Origin: Terriglobia bacterium
Lineage (GTDB): Bacteria; Acidobacteriota; Terriglobia; 20CM-2-55-15
DNA length: 42,118 nt
Assembly (NCBI GenBank): GCA_036274645.1
Contig: DASUFH010000138.1
Location: 1 to 42,118 of the forward strand
Direction of reading: 5' to 3'
Positions 17,624-24,629 of the stretch are shown one piece after another. A program made the translations under genes and the position numbers. Within the stretch, counting starts at the first letter, position 1; each line of letters opens with the position of its first letter. The notes below the pieces were generated by a model. The model had not been told where the DNA came from. It made no database searches and saw nothing but the letters and a program-made list of their open reading frames with translations.

Positions 17624-18844
17624 TCAGGCGTGCGGTTCCGCCGGCGGAGGCGGTGACATCTCTCCATTCCACTTCTTTCCGCCTGCGACCACGGCGCGGG
17701 CGAAGAGCCGGCGCCGTCCGGTCCGCTTACCCCCGATGTTGTCGGCAAATTCGAAGTTGCCCTCCACCAGTTCCAGAACCGTGACGTCGGCAACGGCGCC
17801 CGTTTTCAGCGTGCCCAATTCCTTCAGCGCGGGAATGGCCCTGGCGGAACTGACCGTGGCGCGCGCCACCACCTGGTCGATGCTCATTCCCAGCAGCAGA
17901 AATTTCGACAGCACATTGGGAAAGTCAAAAACCTGGGCAATGAGGCCGTTCCCGTTCAGATCGGAAGTGATGGTGTCGGGTAAGAAGTCCTGCTGCAGCG
18001 CGCGATCCGCGGTTTCCCACGTGAAGTGTCCGTTCAGTCCATGTCCGACATCGAAGAGAATCCCGCGCCGGCGCGCTTCACGGACCGGTGGCAGGATGCG
18101 TCCGGCGTTGTCGAAGATGTTGTTCGGAGGTGGCGAGTAGACGTGGGTGACGATGTCGCCCGGTTCCAGCAGCGCGAGAATCTCCGGCATCGAAGACCGG
18201 GTATCGCCAACATGGACCATGAGGGGAATGCCGAACGCCTTCGTGACTTTGTGCGCCAGTCGAATGGCTTCCAGGTCGTTTTCTCCGGCCGTCGCCCTGG
18301 AAAGGCGCGCCTTGACGCCGACGATCACATTGCGGCGCGCGCGAATGGCGTTGCGGGCCGCGTCCTGATCAACGTTCTTGAGGTCCAGCAACTCCCCATC
18401 CGCGAAGTTTCCTTTCTTGCAGATGTTGATCAGCGCGCGCAGGCGGTTGGGCGCCTTGTCGGATACGTCGACCATGTCCTGAATGTTTTCGGCCCCGCGC
18501 GATCCACCGTCGACGACGGTGGTGACACCGCCGGCCAGGACACGCTCCGCGGACAACTCGCCCGGCCGTGGATGCGCGTGAATGTCGACGAGGCCCGGCG
18601 TAACGAGCTTTCCCGTTCCGTCCAGAACCTCGGCGGCTTCGGACGCCGGTATTCCGGCGCGGACGGCGGCGATCCTGCCGTTCCTGATAGCGACATCGAA
18701 GAATCCGTTCATCTTTTGAGCGGGGTCGATCACGCGTCCGCCCTTGATCACCAGATCGTATTGTGTCGCGGCAGCCGCCGGAACCCTGGCCATGAGAGCG
18801 GCCGGCAGCACGGATGAAAACAGAAAATCGCGTCGAGTTACCAT
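17624..18844 (-). CDS. Amidohydrolase-superfamily metallohydrolase (deacetylase/dihydroorotase-like) with a Tat-type signal
   Basis: MVTRRDFLFSSVLPAALMARVPAAAA twin-arginine motif. GLVDIHAHP HxH metal motif. 406 aa. Confidence 0.75.
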   Translation of the reverse strand: MVTRRDFLFSSVLPAALMARVPAAAATQYDLVIKGGRVIDPAQKMNGFFDVAIRNGRIAAVRAGIPASEAAEVLDGTGKLVTPGLVDIHAHPRPGELSAERVLAGGVTTVVDGGSRGAENIQDMVDVSDKAPNRLRALINICKKGNFADGELLDLKNVDQDAARNAIRARRNVIVGVKARLSRATAGENDLEAIRLAHKVTKAFGIPLMVHVGDTRSSMPEILALLEPGDIVTHVYSPPPNNIFDNAGRILPPVREARRRGILFDVGHGLNGHFTWETADRALQQDFLPDTITSDLNGNGLIAQVFDFPNVLSKFLLLGMSIDQVVARATVSSARAIPALKELGTLKTGAVADVTVLELVEGNFEFADNIGGKRTGRRRLFARAVVAGGKKWNGEMSPPPPAEPHA

Positions 18845-18883
18845 GCGGTCAGAACTACCTTTCTCGAGTCGGCGGCCGTCATT

Positions 18884-19753
18884 CTATCTCCTACGCACCG
18901 CAACGCTGACGCCTCCCAGGACCATGACGCTTGCGGCGAGCAACCGGAAGGACAGGCTCTCTGAGAGGAAGGTGATCCCCCCGAACGCCGCCAGGACGGG
19001 CGCCAGCAACTGCACGATGGACGCCTGCGTGGTCGTCGATACACGGAGGACCCGGTACCAGAGAACGTACCCCAGTCCGGAGGTCAGAACGCCCGAGACC
19101 AGCGCCAGGGCAACGCCGATCGGTTCCAGGCGAATGGACTGCGCGGCGACGAGGACGGTGGCGAGGACAGCCGCGAGCGCCATGGGCGCCGATCGCAGGA
19201 AGTTGCCGGCAGTCATGCGGGCGGGCGCCTGCGCGTCTTTGCCCCGGAGTGAGTAGATGCCCCATGCCATTCCGGCGACGCACATCATGAAAGCGCCCAA
19301 CGGGTTCGGCGCTGAGATTCCGGGCAACAGGAGATAGATGAGGCCCGCTACAGCGACGCCGAGTCCGATCCAGTGCCGGCGGCGCAGCCTTTCGCCGGAC
19401 TTCAGGGCGGCGCCAATCATGGTCACCTGGACGGCGCCAAACAGCAGCAGCGCCCCGGTTCCGGTCGTGAGAGAAACGTATGCCAGCGAAAAGGCGAACG
19501 CATATGCAAACAGGGCGAGACCGGAGATCCAGGATGCCCGACTTTCCCCTGATGCGGACTCTCCGAAGAGACGAGAAATCGGTATGAGCGCGGCAGCGCC
19601 GCTGGCGAGCCGAATCGCTGTGAACGAGACCGGGTCGATGTGGTGGGATCCCAGCGCCATCCGGCAGAGCAGGGAATTGCCGGCAAAAGCAATCAGTGTA
19701 AATGCGGTTAAAACGACGGTCATCATGCGCGCGTGTCCAAAGCGCGGCGACAT
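18884..19753 (-). CDS. DMT-superfamily (EamA-like) transporter
   Basis: About 10 hydrophobic helices and a duplicated EamA-like architecture. Start is uncertain (ATG 19753 or ATG 19726). The 19861 start of the track ORF adds an unlikely basic extension. Confidence 0.7.
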   Translation of the reverse strand: MSPRFGHARMMTVVLTAFTLIAFAGNSLLCRMALGSHHIDPVSFTAIRLASGAAALIPISRLFGESASGESRASWISGLALFAYAFAFSLAYVSLTTGTGALLLFGAVQVTMIGAALKSGERLRRRHWIGLGVAVAGLIYLLLPGISAPNPLGAFMMCVAGMAWGIYSLRGKDAQAPARMTAGNFLRSAPMALAAVLATVLVAAQSIRLEPIGVALALVSGVLTSGLGYVLWYRVLRVSTTTQASIVQLLAPVLAAFGGITFLSESLSFRLLAASVMVLGGVSVAVRRR

Positions 19754-19883
19754 CCTACAACGATGCGCCTTTCCAGACACGGGTTTGCCGTCCTGAGGGC
19801 GGCGATTCGCGCGTTTCTCGAAAAGAACGGTCTCGCGCTGAAGTAGACGGACCGGCGGCACGGAGGAGCATCCACGCCTCCGG

Positions 19884-19996
19884 CCACCGGAACCCGCGTT
19901 CTTCGAGGTTCAGATCATCGGATCGCAGGTCGCGCTGAGGCCCATTCATCCATTGAACCACCGGAACCCGCGTTCTTCGAGGTTCAGATCATCGGA
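19884..19996. repeat. 39-nt perfect direct repeat, two copies (19884-19922 and 19958-19996)
   Basis: CCACCGGAACCCGCGTTCTTCGAGGTTCAGATCATCGGA occurs twice, 74 nt apart. The second copy covers the stop codon and last codons of the DUF3365-like gene. Confidence 0.9.
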
Positions 19997-20589
19997 ATAC
20001 GCACCACGACGCCGCCCATGGTTTCGCCCATCTTGAAATCGTGACGCGGGCTGTCCTCATGGTCGTTGTGGCAGTTGATGCAGGCTTCCGCGACCGCCAC
20101 GTCGGGATAGACGGCCGTGAAGTATTTCTTGCCGCCCAGGGTTTCTTCCGAATAGTAGGGTTCCTGCTTGGCGACAACGGCTTCCAGTCCGGCCTTCTCG
20201 ACATCCGTCTTGGGCATGTTCTGCTTATTCACCGCCCACAGGGACAGCAGCGCGTAGTTGAAGTCCTTGGTCTTTTCGGAAACCATTTCCGATCCCATCC
20301 GGAACATCTGGGCCGGCAGCGGGAGAGCCTTGGCGTCCTTCCAGTGCTCGTTGGCGCGGATCACGTTTTCCTGCTGAAGCCGGTTGACGACCTGTTTGGT
20401 GTAGATGACCCGATCGGATTCCATGACAGCGTGCAGGGAGTCGGCCATCATCTTTGGCGTGATTCCGGAAGACGCTGCCGATTCTCCTTTGCCACAGGCG
20501 GCGAGACCGGTTGCGATTGCGCAAACCAGCGCCGCGAAGGCGATTGCTCGGATTCCGTGTGCGGGCGTTTTCATCAGCGTAACTTTCAT
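19984..20589 (-). CDS. DUF3365/Tll0287-like c-type heme lipoprotein
   Basis: Lipobox GLAAC and a single CINCH heme c motif near the C-terminus. AAGGAGAG RBS abuts the stop codon of the upstream cytochrome gene. Confidence 0.7.
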   Translation of the reverse strand: MKVTLMKTPAHGIRAIAFAALVCAIATGLAACGKGESAASSGITPKMMADSLHAVMESDRVIYTKQVVNRLQQENVIRANEHWKDAKALPLPAQMFRMGSEMVSEKTKDFNYALLSLWAVNKQNMPKTDVEKAGLEAVVAKQEPYYSEETLGGKKYFTAVYPDVAVAEACINCHNDHEDSPRHDFKMGETMGGVVVRIPMI

Positions 20590-20602
20590 GAGGAAACTCT
20601 CC

Positions 20603-21925
20603 TTATTTTGAACGCGGGTTAGCTGCGGCCTTCCGTAGAGCCATATCGATGCTCTCGATGTGGCGCGCTGGCCGGCCGCGGAAGTTGGTTTCGATCAGGA
20701 CCGGGTCGGCCAGGGCATCGATGGAAAAGCCCAGACCGTGGCAGTTGAGGCAGACGCTGCGAATCATCTTTTCGTTGGGTCTCAGGTTGGCGTTCTGGTT
20801 GTGGTCGACACGAACGGCCGAAGACCCGCCCGTTTCTCCTGTAACGCGGGGAAGGTGGCAGGTGGCGCAACCGACCCCGCTGCCGTCCGGGGCGCGTCCT
20901 TCCGACTCAGCGCGCCAGAGGGCGAAGTGCGGCGAGTCTTTGTAGGCCAGGGAGTGCCGGTCGGCGTGGCAGTCCAGGCATCCATCCGCCGCGGCGCGGC
21001 GGGTATCGAAAGTGTGGGGCGAGTGGCACGAGCCGCAATCCAGCGTTCGCTCTTTCGCGCTGGAGTTCATCGGAAGGCGCGCCAGGGATGGCGACATCGG
21101 TCCCAGACCGGCCGCAAGTCGCATGCCGTGTCTTCCCCCGGAGAAACCCTGCGATTCGCTCTTGTGGCAGGTCTCGCAGGACTGGTATCCCGGATGATCG
21201 GTCCAGGCCTTGTTCGCCGAGCCACTCGCGACGACATGGCAAGCGGAGCAGTTCACCCCGCTTTGGGCATGCGCAGTGGATGCCCATTCTTCGACCAGAC
21301 GGGGATCCGCCACCGTCCCGTGAGGGTCGTCACGCCGGCTTGCGTCCACTGGCGTTGCGGAGGTCCGGCGGGGCCGTCGAGTTACCAGCGCAACGCTGAG
21401 AACTTCCGGTTCGCTTTGATGCTTCAGGAGAAAATCGGTATACAGCGCTCGATTGTCATGAAAGTTGTGGCAGCCTGCGGACGCGCAGGAGTCGAAGGCC
21501 ATGTTCTGATGACTGGGTCTTTCCCTGGCAATGTCGGAGTGACAGTAGAAACAGACATCCGCGGGCAGCGTGACTCCCATCGTTCCCGTGATCTCGGGAC
21601 GGTGTTCGACATGGCAGGTCACACACGATGTCGCGTCCAGCCTGGCAATCCGCTCCGCATTGCGGGGATCGGTGAACTTGCTTTTGGGGTGCGAGTCTTC
21701 TCCTTCCGCCAGATCGGTCTGGTGGCACTTCATGCAGGAATCCGAAATCGCGCCCTGAAACGGGACGTGACAGCTGTCGCATGCCAGCTCGATCTGGTAA
21801 TGTCCGGAGGAGGTCTGCCCGGGCAGAAACATGCCGCGATCCTTCGACTGCAGTTTGATTGCGATTCCGGCCACCGCCAGAATCGACGCCATCGACCATC
21901 CGAGCCAGACAAGCCGTCTGCGCAT
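20603..21925 (-). CDS. Membrane-anchored multiheme cytochrome c (10 CXXCH plus 1 CX4CH)
   Basis: Start MRRRLVWLGWSMASILAVAGIAI (ATG 21925, or GTG 21928), 5 nt after the upstream stop. Motifs CDSCH, CMKCH, CVTCH, CFYCH, CASAGCH, CSACH, CETCH, CGSCH, CLDCH, CATCH, CLNCH. The track ORF to 22765 is an out-of-frame overlap with the upstream gene. Confidence 0.85.
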   Translation of the reverse strand: MRRRLVWLGWSMASILAVAGIAIKLQSKDRGMFLPGQTSSGHYQIELACDSCHVPFQGAISDSCMKCHQTDLAEGEDSHPKSKFTDPRNAERIARLDATSCVTCHVEHRPEITGTMGVTLPADVCFYCHSDIARERPSHQNMAFDSCASAGCHNFHDNRALYTDFLLKHQSEPEVLSVALVTRRPRRTSATPVDASRRDDPHGTVADPRLVEEWASTAHAQSGVNCSACHVVASGSANKAWTDHPGYQSCETCHKSESQGFSGGRHGMRLAAGLGPMSPSLARLPMNSSAKERTLDCGSCHSPHTFDTRRAAADGCLDCHADRHSLAYKDSPHFALWRAESEGRAPDGSGVGCATCHLPRVTGETGGSSAVRVDHNQNANLRPNEKMIRSVCLNCHGLGFSIDALADPVLIETNFRGRPARHIESIDMALRKAAANPRSK

Positions 21926-21930
21926 CACGT

Positions 21931-23943
21931 TCAGAAGTAGTACGCGGAAAGAATGTGAAAGGCCACCAGCGCCGGCAGCGGCCACACCAGGACGACATGT
22001 CCCCAGACCACACATTTTCGTAAGGCCATGGCGCGCGTTGTCGCGAGTCGATGGTCGGCGGAGACAACGCCGCCGGCGGCCGCGCCCGCGAGATTGGCCA
22101 AAGCAAAGACGGTCATGAGCGCCGCGTTGAGGTTGGCGCCGAACCGGAGCCCGGTATGGGCGACGAGGACGATCAGCGCGCCGACGCCGAGCAGGGCATG
22201 GACGGCGCGCCACAGTCCAAAGTCCCCGCGAGTAAAGGAGCGGAGTCGTTTGCGCGCCGACAGCAGCATGCCGAGGCCCGTCAACCCAAGAAGGGAGAAT
22301 CCGGTGACCTGCTTCCAGACGCTGTTGCGCCAGATCACATCGTAGGGAAATGTTTGTACCGATGCGGCGTAGGGAAGAGAAGGGGCGAAAAATATCGCCG
22401 CGACGAGAAGCAAGGCCGCGCCGGCCGCTACCGCCAGACCACGCGCGCCGCGGGCCGGTCCCGTTGTGGCCGCAGGCTGTCCGGCGAGCTCCGCGAGCAA
22501 TGGCTTGCAGGTTCCGCACAGCGTGGATGCGCCGGTCGCTGCGGCCATCGCTTCCACGGTTGCGCAGCCGGCGGTCTGGGCCGCGGCGAGCATTCCGCGT
22601 GAGACGTTCATGCAGTTGCAGACGGTGGCCGCGGCCGGCCACTGTCCAACGGGTTGCCTCCGCGCCGGCCAGAGGGTTCCCTGCCGCATGAAACGGCGCG
22701 CCTGCCAGGTCCATACCCGCCGCTCGACCCGGACGGCATCCTGTACTTCGCCCGCCTCGGGCCACGCGCCAAGCGCGCTGGCGCCGACGAGGCGGTTGTC
22801 ACGGACGACAATGCGACGGTAGACGCCATCGGATTCCCAGCAGTGGGTGACAGCCGGCTGGTTGTAGTCTCCAAAGACCGAAACGTCGAGACCAAGGACT
22901 TTCAAGCGCGTGGACATATCCGCGCCCCGAAACTCCGCGCCGCCACCCAGCAGCCGGTCCACGAGGACCTCGGCCATCTGGTATGCCGGCGCGGCCAGGC
23001 CATAGGTGACGCCGCGGTGGTTCGCGCATTCGCCAATCGCGTAGATGCTGGGATCGGAGGTTTCCAGTCTGTCGTTGATCTGTATGCCGCCGGGAATGGC
23101 GATGGCCAGTTCACAGGACTCCGCCAGCTCCTGCCGCGGACGAATGCCCGCCGCAACGACCACCAGGTCCACGCTGATGGGCTCCTGATCCTTGTCGGCG
23201 AAGTGCAGCGATCGGCGCCGGCCGTCTGCGGCTATCCGGTTGACGCGCACGTTGACATGAACGCGCAGGCCCATTTCTTCGATCTGCCTGCGGGCCAGCT
23301 CTCCCGCTCGTGGATCCAGCTGGACGGGCAGCAGCTGCGGCGCGAATTCGACGACATGGCATTCCAGGCCCAGTCCCTGCAGCGCCCGCGCGGCTTCCAG
23401 TCCGAGAAGTCCACCGCCGATGACCGCCGCGGACGTGGCGTTTCGGGCGCGCGTCCGGATTTCGTTCAGATCGCCGATCGTGCGGTAGACAAAAACGTCG
23501 GAAAGGTCCGCGCCCTCCACGGGGGGAACAAACGGACGCGAACCCGTGGCGAACACCAGCTTGTCGTACGCCAGCCAGCGGCCGGATTCCGTGTGCGCGA
23601 TGCGTGTTTCGCGGTCGATCGCGATGACGCGGTCGCCCGTGCGCAGCGTTATGCCATTGGCGGAGTACCAGGCCCGGCTCTGGAGACACAGTTCCTCTTC
23701 GGGCCGGCCGGCCAGAAAATCAGTTAAATGAACACGGTCGTAGGCGGGACGCGGCTCTTCGCCGACAACAACGACTTCGTAACGCGCCATTCCCTGGCGC
23801 GCGGCCAGCTTCTCGCAGAGCTTGTAGCTGGCCATGCCGTTGCCGACAATGACCAGCCTCTCTCTGGGAGGAGCCGCCCCCTCCGACGGGCGTGAGGCGG
23901 CGTTCCTGTGACCAGCCGCCAGAACTTCCGTTGCCGCGTCCAC
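21931..23943 (-). CDS. Fusion protein: NirB-type FAD/NAD(P)H pyridine-nucleotide-disulfide oxidoreductase, BFD-like [2Fe-2S] domain and a 5-TM bis-His (putative di-heme b) module
   Basis: RLVIVGNGMASYKL and AAVIGGGLLGLEAA Rossmann motifs. IYAIGECA. C-N-C..x31..C-G-T-C BFD-like cluster motif. Five C-terminal TM helices, with H-X13-H on TM3 (AVHALLGVGALIVLVAHTG) and TM5 (WGHVVLVWPLPALVAFHIL). Start is uncertain: GTG 23943 lies 2 nt after the globin stop, while ATG 24021 would overlap the globin by 76 nt. Confidence 0.8.
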   Translation of the reverse strand: MDAATEVLAAGHRNAASRPSEGAAPPRERLVIVGNGMASYKLCEKLAARQGMARYEVVVVGEEPRPAYDRVHLTDFLAGRPEEELCLQSRAWYSANGITLRTGDRVIAIDRETRIAHTESGRWLAYDKLVFATGSRPFVPPVEGADLSDVFVYRTIGDLNEIRTRARNATSAAVIGGGLLGLEAARALQGLGLECHVVEFAPQLLPVQLDPRAGELARRQIEEMGLRVHVNVRVNRIAADGRRRSLHFADKDQEPISVDLVVVAAGIRPRQELAESCELAIAIPGGIQINDRLETSDPSIYAIGECANHRGVTYGLAAPAYQMAEVLVDRLLGGGAEFRGADMSTRLKVLGLDVSVFGDYNQPAVTHCWESDGVYRRIVVRDNRLVGASALGAWPEAGEVQDAVRVERRVWTWQARRFMRQGTLWPARRQPVGQWPAAATVCNCMNVSRGMLAAAQTAGCATVEAMAAATGASTLCGTCKPLLAELAGQPAATTGPARGARGLAVAAGAALLLVAAIFFAPSLPYAASVQTFPYDVIWRNSVWKQVTGFSLLGLTGLGMLLSARKRLRSFTRGDFGLWRAVHALLGVGALIVLVAHTGLRFGANLNAALMTVFALANLAGAAAGGVVSADHRLATTRAMALRKCVVWGHVVLVWPLPALVAFHILSAYYF

Positions 23944-23945
23944 GG

Positions 23946-24371
23946 CTACATTCGCGCGGCCATGGCGGAGCGCGCGCCTTCCTTCATGGTGGACGCGAGA
24001 ACAGTGTAGACGGCCACCCACGCTTCCTTTGTTTCCGGCGTGAACTCGTTTCCAAGCCCACGTTCCAGTGTCCAGAGAAGCGCCTCGGCGACAGTATCGT
24101 AGTGCCCGTCTTCCACTCCGTAGCCCTTGTGCCGCGCGCCGAGATCGCGCACGACGGGTACCAGCGCTTCGAGATTGTCGAGGCCCTTCACTGCGGCCGC
24201 CAGCATCTGCATCAGCTTCTTCTTCTGGTCGCTGAGATCTTCCTTGAACATTGGCCGTAGCTTCGGATCCAACGTGAAGAGCCGGGTGTAAAACACATCG
24301 GCGGCCTGATCGGCAATGGGCGCGACCATGGCGAATGTTGCCTGGACACGCTCTTTCTGCTTCGTCGTCAT
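23946..24371 (-). CDS. Single-domain globin (sensor/protoglobin-lineage-like)
   Basis: 141 aa from MTTKQKERVQATFAMVAPIADQAADVFYTRLF..DP.LRPMF, then LGARHKGYGV (proximal His region). GGAAGGAG RBS about 10 nt before ATG 24371. Confidence 0.8.
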   Translation of the reverse strand: MTTKQKERVQATFAMVAPIADQAADVFYTRLFTLDPKLRPMFKEDLSDQKKKLMQMLAAAVKGLDNLEALVPVVRDLGARHKGYGVEDGHYDTVAEALLWTLERGLGNEFTPETKEAWVAVYTVLASTMKEGARSAMAARM

Positions 24372-24629
24372 CAAAAAAACGCTCCTTCCGTTATGTCCGT
24401 CGACGAGCGTCATGCAATGACGGGACCTTTGCAGTTTCTTTAGCGCATGAGGTTTTGAAATCGCTAAGCCCACTGCAGTTGTGCGGGCAGCCGGGCGTTC
24501 TCAGTCGAGATGACGTCGCGCAAGGAGAGGCACAGTTCTGTTTTGAACGCGTTTGTTTTCCGACAATCTTGTTTCGGATGGAAGGGGAGCGGTGGACCTG
24601 TTGTTCCGGGATCGAAACGAAGCCGGCGA

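Noticed and set aside
20660-21940. 426-aa plus-strand ORF opposite the multiheme cytochrome, and similar ORFs at 22654-23727, 1942-3141, 6049-7086, 6522-7520, 13708-14679, 14956-15831, 32836-34131 and 9331-9972
   Set aside because: All are antisense to, or out of frame with, genes that have strong family signatures. Their translations lack motifs and show the R/G/P/A bias typical of non-coding frames in GC-rich DNA.
21926-22765. N-terminal 280-aa extension of the multiheme cytochrome ORF (track ORF 20603-22765)
   Set aside because: It overlaps the well-supported TM and BFD domains of the upstream gene out of frame and is Arg/Gly/Pro-rich. A start with a hydrophobic anchor (MRRRLVW) sits 5 nt after the upstream stop.
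24372-24629. Sigma70 promoter for the globin operon (e.g. TTGCAT-N17-ATAACG on the minus strand)
   Set aside because: The hexamers are weak matches, and the -10 candidate would leave almost no leader before the RBS. It is not reportable as a feature without transcript mapping.
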